Origin: Chrysomallon squamiferum
Taxonomy: Eukaryota > Animalia > Mollusca
DNA: 64,000 bases
Direction of reading: 5' to 3'
NCBI GenBank assembly: GCA_012295275.1
Contig: CM022671.1
Coordinates: 9,424,001 to 9,488,000, forward strand
Shown here: positions 29,500 through 42,870 of the stretch, one piece after another
Layout: each line of letters begins with the position of its first letter
Position numbering within the stretch: position 1 is the first letter of the stretch
Program-made: the position numbers and the translations under genes
Notes under the pieces: generated by a model
Databases searched by the model: none
Told to the model about the DNA's origin: nothing
Seen by the model: the letters and a program-made list of their open reading frames with translations, nothing else

Positions 29500-30091
29500 C
29501 CGTATATACTTGTGTATAAGTCGAATTTTTGGGAGACTATATTAAGGTAATATTTTGGGGGTCGACTTATACATAGGTAATCCTCTCCTGTGGGACTTTT
29601 CTTGAACGGAATCAGCAAGGGCATTGGGTTCGCGCCATATATAGTCATCCTCTGTCCCATCTAGTGCATTTGAAATTCCACACTTCAGAAAGGCCTTAAC
29701 AATTATAGCCGGGTCCAACTGCTGCCAGGCGTCAATGGCCATACAATTTTGTAAATCATAGAACGGCTAAATATAACGGTAAGTTAGGTCTCCATGTTAG
29801 ACCTATTACATTAAAGAGATACTATTTATGATACATTTAGGCTATAGCTCGTGTAATACATGCATTTACGTTATTATGGTATGTTCGTGCAAGTTACAGC
29901 TCGTGCAAGTTGTTACAGTAGGCGTACAATGTAGGCCTTCATGGCACTGTCACACTGGTCTAAAAATAGTGACGGTGCCTGGAATCTACAGTCGACTTAT
30001 ACACAAGTTAATATCTAAAATGACGCAATTTTGGGTCTTAAAATACACATCGACTTATACATAAGGTCGCCTTGTACACAAGTATATACGG
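29500..30091 (-). mobile_element. Internally deleted pogo/Tigger (Tc2-like) DNA transposon
   Basis: TA|ccgtatatacttgtgtataag ... cttgtacacaagtatatacgg|TA TIRs; internal DDE_1 C-terminal peptide DAWQQLDPAIIVKAFLKCGISNALDGTEDDYIW; paralogue has the empty site ttttaaatTAtttgaa at ~5500. Confidence 0.92.
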
Positions 30092-31524
30092 TATTTGAAC
30101 ATTTTTTTTTATATTAAGAAAGTGAAACAATTTCAGAAATATTTTCCATTTTCATATTGTTTTTAGATAAAATGCAATGAGTTTGCAGATGTCAGGATAT
30201 AAAAGTTAAGAAAAATAATTTTTCTGTATTAAAAATAGGTATGTAACATAACCTGGCTATATTTTATTGTTGATCAAAAACTCCAAACTTTGCTAAAAAT
30301 ATTTAAAGTACTGAATTTGCATAATCTTACAATATCTCTCTTAGTATAAATTTGAATCTGAAAGCTGGAGAAATATTTACTGTATATAATTCTTGAAAGC
30401 AAAGATTGTAAGGGACTATTTGAATTACTTTGTTTGTTGTTATATGCATTTCTGAACCTTTTTACCAGATTGCCATAAGTGTGTATTAGGACCCCTGCTA
30501 CTGCTATTTAAGTAAACAAGTTTCTTTCTCCAGATGATAACTTGTGCAGGGCAATTGCTAGTGATGTCTACCAATTACACTATAACAAAATATGAGGTGC
30601 TAGATTTTTGAACAAACAAAACAGCTTTCATTTTCATTCGGCTTGGAAACATTAAATACCAATTTGTACTTCATTTTTTGAAGTGATATTTATTATTTTA
30701 TTTTATATATATATTTTATTTATTTATTTATTTATTTATTTATTGTTTTCATTTTTTCTCCCAGCTTTTTAATGGAATTAAACAGAAAATACAGATTATA
30801 AAAAATTAGAAGACATTTCAATTTGTACATTTTTAAACTAATTTTTTTAATTGTTCCAAAATGTAATAGGCAAATTATAAAATATTTGGGAATATTTCAT
30901 TTACATACATTTTTTCTCTTATTATTTTATTTAATTTTTTATCATTTTTAAATTATTATTTCTTATTTTTAAAGATTAATTATTGAAATAATTGTATTAT
31001 TCTTTCTAAAATGGGAAAGCAAATTATAAAAGCTGGCTGAAATGTCTAAACAGAAATAACTGAATATTTAAGTTTTATTATCTAGACAGTTTATAAGTAA
31101 ATTTCAACTTGAAGATCATCATGTTTCTTCTAATTAAAAATAACAAAGTCATGGTTAATGCTATTAAAATTTTAATTTAGTTAACAGTTTTCATTAGAAA
31201 TATATTATTAATATTTTATTTTTTAGAAATATGTACACAATGATCACCCCAGCAAACCACTGTTTTTCCCAGATTTAAATAATATAAAAGAAAAACTTTG
31301 TTTTCATTTTCTGTGGGTTTTTTTAATAAAAAAATCTAACTACCCCTAATTACAGAATTTTAAATATATTTACACTAATTACCCCAACCCTTGATTTTCT
31401 CCTGATTTAAATAAAATAAAACAGAAAAATTCTTCAATCATATTTACATTGATTACCCCCAGCAAATCCTTGATTTCCCCTGATTTAAATAATAGTTTAA
31501 AAAAAGATAGAAGAAATGTTTTGT

Positions 31525-31561
<37 letters not shown>

Positions 31562-31606
31562 ATGATTTAAATAATATAAAAATTAGATGATTATAAAAAT
31601 TAATAC

Positions 31607-31987
31607 CTCTATGCATTATCAAATTCATTTGAACTTATTTACAAAGATGGCATTCCATAGCAATGATGAATCTCCATTCATCTTACAGCGAAAAGGTTAG
31701 AATAACCAAGCACACATCAATGATAAAAACAGTGCAAGCTGCTGTGAAGTACAATGTGTACACTGGATGTTCTGATCACATCGACAATGCAGTCTCTTGG
31801 AGATCACTGAGTTACAAATTACATTTCAGACAGATTTTCTCTTGAAAGTGTTGAGCTTTCTCTGGACAGGGAAGACTGTGATGTAATAGCATTCTGGTGA
31901 TCTAGTGAACCTTTTCTGAAAATGGGTCTTACAACATTTTCAACTGAAGTGCTGGCTGAGGCAGCTTGAATCTGTTGTCTAGGATCC
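31607..31987 (-). pseudogene. Unidentified exon remnant (paralogue at ~6570-6835)
   Basis: ttgtag|GATCCTAGA.. DPRQQIQAASASTSVENVVRPIFRKGSLDHQNAITSQSSLSRESSTLSRENLSEM* ..AG|gtat. Confidence 0.4.
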
Positions 31988-33043
31988 TACAACAAAATAT
32001 AATATTCATTAATAAACTAATCATAAACCATTATTAAATTGATTCTATACTATCTAAAGTAAACATTATTTATGAGACATTTATATAAATTTTGCAATAC
32101 TATTCTGTGCATAAAAATAAATTTTGCTTCTTTTAATTAAATCCATCCTTAATCAAATGAGCTATAAAACACAAAAGTGAATGAATAAAACATACCTTTA
32201 TAGGAGCATTCAATCCACACATAGACATGGATATTTTAGATCCTGGACAAAAAATAATTAAACTCATTCTTAATTAATAAAAATAAATAAAACAGTAGTT
32301 ATATAGATTATATTTTTAATTAAAAACAAAAACAAAAAACAAACAACAACACCACATACACACACACAAGCTACTACAACCTAAAATCAACAAATAATAT
32401 AACTTTCACCTTATAAAGTGTCTTCTTTAGTGTTGAAACACTATTATAAAAATGCATTTTAAACCCCAACCCAATAATTAAGTAGCATTAGTGACAAGAA
32501 AGATATGAATAAATTCTTAACAGCTTTTAATTCACAAACAAATAATTTACATTATTTTTTCTTACAAAATATCTGAATTAACAGCCTTTTTCATCAATGT
32601 ATATCTGATAAGGTCAAACAATAAAAAATAAAAAATGCTAGTAATGACAAAAATAGTACATTCTAATTATTTTTTACCTTAATTTTTATACAAGTATCAT
32701 CTTTGTCAGTTAAAGAGGTGACACATGTGAAAGGAAAAAGAAAAGACAGTGTTAACTTACTTGGTCTCTTCAAGTTCTGTCTGATATTTTTTGTGTGGTT
32801 GTTTAATGTTCCCAACACGAGTAACCATTACTTCCCAATATCACATGCATGGAAATGAAAGTCATGTCTCTCATCTCTCTGTGAAAATATATAATGTTTA
32901 TTAGTATTAAAGGTATTTTATCTGTTTTTAATCAATGTAAGTTATTGCTAAAAAAAAATAAGATTAAAAATGTAAGTGGAGAAAGTGAACAGAATATAAG
33001 GGTAAGCAGTAGCCAAGCTGGTCAAGAAGTCGCTATTACAAGG

Positions 33044-35107
33044 ATGTCAAATACACAGAATAACAAGATGGTCATCTGCACCATTTTATCAATCAACACC
33101 AATTCAACAGTCTCAGCAGTCACAGTATGGACAATACGGACAAACCTAATGATCCCACAGTCAGAATTCTGGGTTAATTTCACCAGTTGTGAACAGTCAA
33201 GATGTCAGTATAAAATTAGATTCTTTGACTAGAAAGTTAGATATAATGTATGATAAACTGGAAAAATTGGACATGATCGAAAAACAACTGAATAGTATGG
33301 AATAACTGTACAAGATATCAGTGGTAATCTGATATTTAGAAAAAAGTAAAAGATACGGAAAAGGGGCATGAATTACATTCTCTAACAGTTTGAAAGGAAC
33401 AAAAGAACTTGGAGATTTGAAATCTGAACAGTTTCTACCCGTGAAATGAGAGATAATAATAACATATGAAAAAACAAATATGTCAATTAGAAACTGAGTT
33501 TGGATACCAGAGAAAGACACAGATAAGGAGTTGAAAAGTTTGATAAAAAATGAAATGAAAGTAGAAAATAATATCGATGTTCACAGAGTGAATGGACTGG
33601 GTAAAAAGTTTGATGTATATATAAGGCCTGTTGTTGCTAAATTCATTTTGTATAAAGACAGAGAAATAGTGAGAAGAGATGCACCCAAAACACTGATAAA
33701 CAAGCAATATGGCGTTAATGAACAATTCCAGAAAGAAATTAATGACAGGAGAAAATTACTATATCCACATTACAGCAAAATGGCAAGGAAAAAGACTTAA
33801 ATGGTGACACTGGGAGATGACAGGCCAGAAGCCAGTAACACAAACACAACAACTCAGTCAACAGAAACAAGACAACAGAGATCACACAACACAAACATAA
33901 CAACTCAGCCAACAGAAACAAGACAACAGAGATCACACAACACAAACATAACAACTCAGTGAACAGAAACAAGACAACAGAGATCACACAACACAAACAT
34001 AACAACTCAGCCAACAGAAACAAGACAACAGAGATCACACAACAGAAACAAGACAACAGAGATCACAAAACACAAACATAACAACTCAGCCAACAGAAAC
34101 AAGACAACAGAGATCACACAACACAAACATAACAACAGAGATCACACAACACAAACATAACAACTCAGTCAACAGAAACAAGACAACAGAGATCACAGTA
34201 ACACAAACATAACAACTCAGCCAACAGAAACAAGACAACAGAGATCACACAACACAAACATAACAACTCAGCCAACAGAAACAAGACAACAGAGATCACA
34301 CAACACAAACATAACAACTCAGTCAACAGAAACAAGACAACAGAGATCACACAACACAAACATAACAACTCAGTCAACAGAAACAAGACAACAGAGATCA
34401 CAGAACACAAACATAACAACTCAGTCAACAGAAACAACACAACAGAGATCACACAACACAAACATAACAACTCAGCCAACAGAAACAAAACAACAGAGAT
34501 CACAGAACACAAACCAAACTCTGACTGAGACAAGTCAGTTCACTCAGTGCAATACAACACTGGAGGAGGACAAGTCTTACCAAGTGAAAACATGGTTGAG
34601 CAAATGTCAGAAAACTCTCTCATTTGTAAAAATACCCCAACAAAAGTCATAAAGAAGTAAGCCCTTAAGTTTTAAAAGTAATAGATATTAATGTGTCAGG
34701 TTTGATAAGTAAGTTCAGATACTATATTTCTTGAAACCATCACTAATTAGTATTTATCTCATTGTAAAACTGGGGGTATAGTTGGAGATATAAAAAACTA
34801 TCTATTAAAACAAATAAGTATTATCAGTGTAGATGTATTATGTGGCTGGACAAAGAAGGTGGGGTTTTACACACAGATAATATTTTAATAGGTATTGTAT
34901 ATATTCCACCAGAGAATTCATATTATTCATCATCTGATGCTTTTGACCAGCCTGAAAATGTAAATTTGTCACATGTGAATAACTATAATATGATCTGTCT
35001 TACTGGTGACTTCAACAGCCGATGATAATGATTTTATTATTATGGAAGAAACATAATAGAGTGGTTTAATCACTGAGGATGTATTTGAACTTGAGAGGTT
35101 AAATATA
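33044..35107 (+). mobile_element. 5' half of the RTE-X-like LINE: L1-like ORF1 (coiled coil/RRM) and start of APE endonuclease
   Basis: ORF1 remnant KSLIKNEMKVENNIDVHRVNGLGKKFDVYIRPVVAKFILYKDREIVRRDAPKTLINKQYGVNEQFQKEINDRRKLLYP; endonuclease INVSGLISK, ILIGIVYIPPENS, ICLTGDFNSR; ends at the piggyBac TTAA. Confidence 0.85.
33836..34520 (+). repeat. 51-bp minisatellite (aacagaaacaagacaacagagatcacacaacacaaacataacaactcagcc), ~13 copies; further copies at 35218-35410
   Basis: Direct tandem repeat within the LINE ORF1 tail / inter-ORF region. Confidence 0.95.
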
Positions 35108-35217
35108 TTAACCCTTTGAACCTGCCAGGCTGGTTTTCCAGTCTGAGCATATAGTATATGTTTTACAGTCAATGTGTCAAACCAGTCATTTGGTCAAATG
35201 CCTCTCACTGCTAGTCT

Positions 35218-35965
35218 CAGAAACAAGACAACAGAGATCACACAACACAAACATAACAACTCGGCCAACAGAAACAAGGCAACAGAGATCACACAACACA
35301 AACATAACAACTCAGCCAACAGAAATAAGACAACAGAGATCACACAACACAAACATAACAACTCAGTCAACAGAAACAAGACAACAGAGATCACACAACA
35401 CAAACCAAACTCTGACTGAGACAAGTCAGTTCACTCAGTGCAATAGGAAATTGGAGGAGGACAAGTCTTACCAAGTGAAAACATTGTTGAACAAATGTCA
35501 GAAAACTCTCTCATTTGTAAAAATACCCCACACAAAAATCATAAGTTTAAAACATAATAGATTTGAGATTTGAGGTTTGGTAAGTAAGCTCAGAGATACT
35601 ACATTTCTTAAACCACCACTAAGTATTACTGAATCACAGTGTAAATGTATTATGTGGCTGGGCACAGAAGGCAGGGTTTTACACACAGATGATAATATTT
35701 TAAAGGATATTGTATATATTCCACCAGAGAATTCTTGTTATTCAAAAGAATATTGTTCAACATGATCTGTCTTACTGGTGACTTCAACAGCTGATGATAA
35801 TGATTTTATTATTATGGAAGAAAATGAATAGAGTGGTTTAATCACTGATGATGTATTTGAACTTGAACTTGTTAAATATATTAACCCTTTGAACCTGCAG
35901 GGCAGTTTTCCAGCCTGAGCATATAGTATATGTGTTACAGTCAATGTGTCAAACCAGTCATTTGG
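35218..35965 (+). repeat. Local tandem duplication of the minisatellite end, LINE endonuclease start, piggyBac left end and Ginger TIR
   Basis: ~34330-35215 repeated (with internal deletions) at 35218-35965, e.g. ccaaactctgactgagacaagtcagttcactcagtgcaata and ttaaccctttgaacctgc twice. Confidence 0.9.
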
Positions 35966-38057
35966 CCAGATGACTGAAAATGATTGCCCTCAGTTTGACA
36001 GATTGCCTGATAGGGAATTTTGAATTCAGTCAATATGTCAAGTATTGTAAAACAAATTCAGATATCAGTTGTGAGTAGACGATACATTCAAAAATGGGTT
36101 ATATAAGAAGTATGAATCTCTAAAAAAGGTACTTTTACCAAAACCAGAGTCCTTTTTGTTGATAAATGAACTTAAGCATTTAAATGAACAAACATCATCT
36201 AAGTGACACCAAGATTATTATCTTCTGTCCAAGTATGAGATTCTTCAGTGTGGTGCTGTTGAGAAGTTGGTAAGACGTCACACATCCAATGATTACCCGA
36301 GTATTACGTGCACATCAAAGAGACATTCGATGTTATCAAACATGCACACACTGGCCACGGTGGTTGCAATCGAATGGTAAAGGAGATAGATAAGAAGTAT
36401 GTCAATGTTACCAGGATTCTACTGAACTGTTTAAGTCAATGTGCACTGACTGTCAGAGTAAACTGATGACAAAGGGTGTGGTTGTCTGACCAATCTTGTC
36501 TAAAGAGTTCTCTGCTCGTGGTCAAGTAGATCTCATTGATATGCAATCGTTACCGCATGGTTCTGTCAAGTGGATTATGGTGTATCAGGATCATCTCACA
36601 AAGTTTGTTGTTATCTGCCCACTGACATCAAAGTGAGCTGCTGAGGTTGCAAACCAACTCTTGGACATGTTTCTGCTATTCAGTGCACCACATATTACAA
36701 CGGTTCTGAATTTACAGCTCAAATTATTTCTGATTTGAAGGAATTGTGGCCAGAGCTAGTTATAGTGCTTGGTAAACCAACCACCCACAGAGTCAAGGTT
36801 CTGTAGAACGTGTGAATTATGACATTAAAGACTCACTTGTTGTGAGGATGAGTTAGAATGATACCACTGACTGGACTGTTGGTGTTAAATTTGTACAACC
36901 TTATTTGGCATCAAAGTCAGGATTGGTTTGACATCTTTGATGTTACCACTTGATGTTATCCAGAAGCTACAGAAAGAAGATGACTTACTAGACATTCTGT
37001 CCAGCAGCTCAACTCAACCAGACACTCAACCTCTACCAGAAACAACTCAACCTCTACCAGAAACAACTCAACCTCTACCAGAAACAACTCAATCTGTACC
37101 AGAAACAACTCAACCTCTACCAGAAACAACTCAATCTGTACCAGAAACAACTCAACCTCTACCAGAAACAACTCAACCTCTACCAGAAACAACTCAACCT
37201 CTACCAGAAACAACTCAACCTCTATCAGAAACAACTCAACCTCTACCAGAAACAATTCAACCTCTATCAGAAATGACTCAACCTCGTTCAGAAACAACTC
37301 AACCTCTATCAGAAACAACTCAACCTCTATCTGAAACGACTCAACCTCTATCAGAAACAACTAAACCTCTATCAGAAACAACTCGAGCTCTACCAGAAAC
37401 AACTAAACCTCTATCAGAAATGACTCAACCTCTACCAGAAACAACTGAACCTCTATCAGAAACAACTTGATCTCTACCAGAAATGATTCAATCAAAGAGC
37501 AGCATAGACAAGAAAAGAAAGCTTGCAGTAGTCGCACAACAGAAACAAGTTGAGCATGTTGATAAGTGAAGTCGTGTTGATAACGTAGCTGAGCCCATTC
37601 CGTCTGTAGAAATATTCTAGGTGTTATATTAGCTGTTGAAAATAGACAATATACCATTGGTTGCCCCTTCTGGTATTCTGAAAGGGAAATATAGTCAACA
37701 CCAGTTTGATTTATTTTCCTCAGAGATTCCTGAGTGAACCTGACATGAACAGTGTGTCACTTTGACAAGTCAACAAAAAGCAGTCTCAACACGGTGGTCA
37801 GGGTTTTGTCAAGTGCAGTTGTAATGGACCTGAGAGATTTCGGGTAAGTGATGTGTTTGTTTCAAAAATAGTGTTTTGTGTAATAGCAGAAGTGACAACA
37901 GTGTAAATTGTTTAAATAAATGAAGTATGTATTATGTGTCACCAATGCATTATACCGGTAAATTGTTGTTACATGAAGTTGATTATTCAATACAGATGAA
38001 ACATAGTTATTAGAAAACACCCAACAAAATGACTGGTTTTACACGCTGACTGTAACA
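35933..38057 (+). mobile_element. Ginger2-type (KRBA2/SCAND3-like rve integrase) DNA transposon, full span, degenerate
   Basis: TIRs tgttacagtcaatgtgtcaaaccagtcattt ... aaatgactggttttacacgctgactgtaaca (TGT..ACA); integrase RGQVDLIDMQSLPHGSVKWIMVYQDHLTKFVVICPLTSK*AAEVA..NGSEFTAQII..PQSQGSVERVN; HxxxxH/CxxC remnant; Cys-rich tail GGQGFVKCSCNG. Confidence 0.88.
37012..37480 (+). repeat. 21-bp minisatellite (aactcaacctctaccagaaac; ETTQPLP), ~22 copies, inside the Ginger ORF
   Basis: Tandem repeat read in frame after LPLDVIQKLQKEDDL. Confidence 0.93.
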
Positions 38058-39784
38058 TAAATACCTGCTCGTATTTTCAGCAAACACTTCTGGCATGAAG
38101 CTTCAAATATAATTTTTACAAACAATTGAAGGTTTTGGAGTATTTTTTTGCCATAAACATGAATGGTAAGAAAGTGACAACCAAGCAGGCATTATGAATG
38201 ATGTCAGATTCTGAGGATGAGAATGAAGGATTGGAATTTGGAAATAATAGTGATTTTTGAAAGCAAAGAGAGTGATGATGATGATGTTGTCAACAATACA
38301 AATAATAATAATAAAACGAATGAAGGTGAAAATGAAAATGATTCTGCTGATAATCACAGCCCAGGTGTTGATGTTTTTACAACCTGTTGGGGGTTGTGGC
38401 TGTGGTAGAGGATGTGGCATGGTTTTGGACATGGTCAAGGTGTGCAACGGAATTCTCAGTCTCCTGTAGATCAGTGTCAGTGGATGAATGACAAATGATG
38501 TTTTGAGGCAGCTCTTTGTTTTTGAAACTAAGAACATGTCAAAGAAGCAAAACCTCACGTTATTATACAAAATCCTTTAGTTCTCAGGCATTGAGACTCA
38601 ACAGAGATAAAACCTTTTTTTGCTGTTGAGTAGCGATGGAAATGCTTTATTCACAAGGACCGCTATGAATAATTTTGGTGAGATAAGGAAAATGTCTTGA
38701 CCATCACACCTGGATTTGCAGATTTTTACAAGAGATAGATTTTTTAGCAATATGGTCTATGCTACATGGGATAATTGAATTAGACCCAGAGCTAGACAAA
38801 TCTGATAATTACAAAATCCTCGGCCCATGACAAGGGAATGACAGGACAAAAACTTTATCTATAAAAACAGACATCAAAGATAAACTGATAAAATTGGGAT
38901 ATCAAAACCTTCCCTTCTTTGTGACAGTGAGAATAGCTACATTTCAAGTGTTGTTCGTATGTTAGAACTGTTTAGTGACCAGAATGTGAGTTGTCTTAAT
39001 AATTATTCCTTACTGTATTATATTTTCATGTAGGCTGTTCAATGAAGAGAAAATATTTTTGCATAGAATCTTGTGGAAAGACTGAAGAAATATTTAAAAC
39101 TGAAGTAAAATGGAAAGGTTTACAATGAATAATGTATTTAAATACCTGCTGGAAAGTACCTCAAATACTTCAACTCTACTGGAGACTCAAGCTGCTCTTT
39201 GTTCCATTAAATGTCAATTGAATTTGTATTTATCAACAATTTCTTGACTATTTTATCCCACAAACTGATTTAATTTCTCTAAAATAAACAGTTTAAATCC
39301 ACAGTTTAGCATGTTAGTTTCTTCAATTCCTATAAATACATGATGAAAGATCTGAATGTCATTCAGTAAATACTGCATTTCCTTTGTTATAAAACAATTC
39401 AATGAAATCTGCATGAATCAACATAATTATAGGAAACTAAAAATTGAAATATAACCTTTTAAATATTTTTGTTTTGTATTCTAATGATAGTTAATGATGC
39501 AGTTACCAATTCAAATTATTTACTGAAAGATAATCTAAAGTTAGACAGATAAATAAATATTAAAATAAAGATGGAATTAAAGGTAAAGTAGATTTTCATT
39601 CAGAAGCACTTCTCAAATAAAATTAACATAGATCTGTTTTTTGTTTATGAACTGATTTCACATACCTCAACATCATTCCCTTAAACCATGTAGTTTAAAA
39701 ACGAAACTGTTTTGATTACTGCTATAGTACAAATATAAGCTAAAAGAAATAAAAACAATGCTAATGGAAGTAAAACTAAGTCCA

Positions 39785-40804
39785 CCTGCTGCTCAACTCC
39801 AGGCTTTTGACTTTTGCCACTGTCACACACAATGTTTTTTTCTTTGCCTGGTTTTAGCAAGTTCAAGTCTTTCAAGTTTTTTTCTCCTGATATTTGACTG
39901 TTGAGATTTGTGACTGGTGTAAGACTCTCCAACCTAAGAATTTGTTGTAGTATGACATGGTCGGTCAATGTCCAGGTCACCAAAATTGAGCTCTTCATCA
40001 AGCAGAACTTTGAACAACTCTGAGTCAGAGAGTCACATTGGTGGTGCACTGCCTAGTTTGAGTAAATAAAAAAAATAATAAAATACAGTAAAAATATAAA
40101 ATAAATAAAATAAAATAAACACTACTACATTTACTGCAACATTAACATCATTACTGTAACTAAAAATTTTACTCTTGTTCCTTATTCAACTAGGGTTACT
40201 ATATTAAAATAATGCTCCTATTACTAAAATGACTATCCATTAATAAAAAAGTGATATTGTTTACTATCTTCACTATTAGTCCTAGGCCTGTATTTCTTTT
40301 TAGACTAATATTATTATAATTACTACAAACAACACCAACTATGACTACTATTACTACTATTGCTGTATTTTTACAACTCTTCTTGTTACATTTATCATAA
40401 CAATTTCAATTTAAAACAACTACTGTTAGTAATTGCTACTACTTAGTACTACCTGCACTACAACAGTAATCTGACTACAACCAGTTTTTTTAATCACCAT
40501 GAGTCTCACAAGATACATTATTTTACAAAGCATCATCAGCCAACATTAGCAGGAACAATTTTGCAACATTACGCCACAGGTGAAGGTAATTATTAACAAC
40601 TACTAATGATGTAACAACTTCCATTACTACACAACAATGGTGGTCTACTACTTACTACTATAACAACAACCCACAGATGTCCTTTTCTGCCAAAATTCTT
40701 TGATGACATTTCTCTCTTGTGAGTCACATAATTAGCTCTTCTTGTGTATAGAGCAGTTTTGAAAACAAGTTTTTATGTTTTACCTTTGAAGTTATATCTG
40801 TATC

Positions 40805-40882
<78 letters not shown>

Positions 40883-41545
40883 TATGAGAAATATATAAGA
40901 AATTCACCTGTTTCTTTTCCTGTGGCAGCAAAAACTTTATCCTCGGTGCTGGACATACAAATCAAATAATTAACTATAAATAAATAACTAACGAGCAATA
41001 ATTTAAATAATTAACAAAACAATAGTAAATAAAATGATTATTATTAAGCTATTTTTACACATACACACACATGTATAAACTAATAAAAGAACATACCCAT
41101 GCCACTGTTGAGAGGTTTCTTAAAACATTCAAACACAGGTCTGATATATTACTTGATTCACATTATCAATAGTCTCCTGTATCCTTCTCTGGCCTGGAGT
41201 TTGTGATGCTGAAGTAGGGGGACAGGGACAGTCCATTGATCCCTCTAGAATCAGGGCAGGATTGTCAATATGGCGACACATCCCTCTATGAATGTTGCCT
41301 TCCTGAGTCTCATTTGTTCAGCTGCAGCTACATCCTCTGTTTCTTCTCTTTTTTTTCTTAATCATCTCATCCAGCTTCATTCTCAGAGCAAGCTCAGACG
41401 TCACCTGTTGCTCAACTTCCTGTCTGTTGTCTTTGTCACCGTCATGTAGAACCATCATAGTCATCTGCCAAGTGATTTTGTTTGAAGCACAGCAGACAAA
41501 GTGTTTTCAACCAGCATCAGCTTGTTTCAGTTGAAGTCTGTAATT
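39785..41545 (-). pseudogene. Unidentified exon remnants (39785-40053, ~41100-41545), partly paralogous to 13920-14050 and 14460-14800
   Basis: ag/gt-bounded GC-richer blocks; shared aaactgttttgatta..tagtacaaatataagctaaaa and cacctgctgctcaact with copy A; stops in the frames read. Confidence 0.45.
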
Positions 41546-41549
41546 TTCT

Positions 41550-42185
41550 GTATCATGACACACACACATCCATTATCAGGATAATTATCAGTGATACAAA
41601 TTCATCTCACACATATTATTCTCAGTAGCACTTTATCACTTGCTGGTTGATACCTCAAACATACACACACTACAGTTATTATCAGAGTCATGAATATTGG
41701 CTGACAAACACACACACCATTATCAGAGTAGTAGTTATCACTATTGCTCATATACTTGCACGCACACACTATTATCAAGAGAGCAGTTATCACTATTGCA
41801 GATATACCTCTCACACACACACACTCATACCATTATCTGAAGAAAGTTATCACTATTTCTCATACTAAAACGTCAAAGACAATACTACATTATATATTAT
41901 CATTGTATAATTATCACTATTGCTGAGACACTCTCACACACAGTTAGAAGAGTAGCACTATCACTCATTGCTGATATATACACACACATACACATGCACA
42001 CCTAGACACATACTCATTATCAGAATATCCCCACACTTCACCCACAGACACACTATTCAAGGTAGTAAAGTTATCAAGCATTGCTGATAGACACACACCC
42101 TTATCAGAATACTAATTTTCACCATTGCTGATGACACACACACACTTCACAGACTCATTATCAGACAGTTATTCCTATTGTTGAT
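41550..42185 (+). repeat. Degenerate ~55-60-bp tandem repeat (ttatcactattgctgat-[CA]n-cattatcag)
   Basis: About ten diverged units with variable CA tracts. Confidence 0.7.
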
Positions 42186-42349
42186 ATCAATAATAATCTC
42201 CAATTTCCTCAGGAACATAGATTTTAAATAAAGCTAAAATTACAAAGAATAATTATAAAGGGCAGAAAGACAGAGACTCCAGGACAGAGAACATGAGAAC
42301 AAAGTAAAAAGGAACAAGAAGCCGAGCACATACGTAGATACTTAATAAC

Positions 42350-42870
42350 AAAACAATAATTAAATACAACTACAATATATAACAAACAAAATATTTATAT
42401 ACATTAAAATATCTACCTTAAAATTATTTCATAATAAAATGTTTGTTTAATATTCTTACCACATGGTTTAACTAATTGTCTCTGTCAGATGGAGAAAGAT
42501 TACGATTATATATAAAACAATTATTCAACTATTATAAAAATTTATAAAATTTAAAAACCATTACCTGAAATAAGTTTTAACTAAATCGTCAATGACAGAT
42601 ACAGAAAGATGGGACAATTTCCACTGTCCACATCTTTCAAAGAAAGGAGTTTTCCATGGAAACTCAAACAGCTGGCTGGTTAAACAACTGGAGTTCAGAC
42701 TTAATTCCTGTAGAAGAGAACCTGCTTGACTGATTTGGAATCTGGAATATCTGAAATAAAATGAAAAAACAGTTTAACAAAACCTGAGTTAACTATTAAC
42801 TATCAGCAGAAAAAGAAAAAAGTTGGAAAAATATAATAATGAGAAATTTATCAAAAAATCTAGATGGTTT
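42350..42870 (-). pseudogene. Duplicate of the LRR exon region at 1-520
   Basis: ctaaatcgtcaatgacagatacagaaagat and tgtccacatctttcaaagaaaggagttttccatggaaa shared; minus frame GSLLQELSLNSSCLTSQLFEF..HGKLLSLKDVD. Confidence 0.85.

Larger units (their letters stand above)
35885..38980 (+). mobile_element. piggyBac left end and truncated transposase (copy B), carrying the Ginger2 insertion
   Basis: TTAA|CCCTTTGAACC at 35881 (also 35108), inverse of the TIR at 10371-10381; 38160-38980 is homologous to 8770-9380. Confidence 0.85.

Noticed and set aside
33836-34520. Regular 51-bp array as a CRISPR
   Set aside because: Units are contiguous tandem copies with no unique spacers, there are no cas genes, and the context is eukaryotic
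36928-37470. 180-aa PETTQ ORF as a mucin gene
   Set aside because: No signal peptide; it is a minisatellite inside a degenerate Ginger2 integrase
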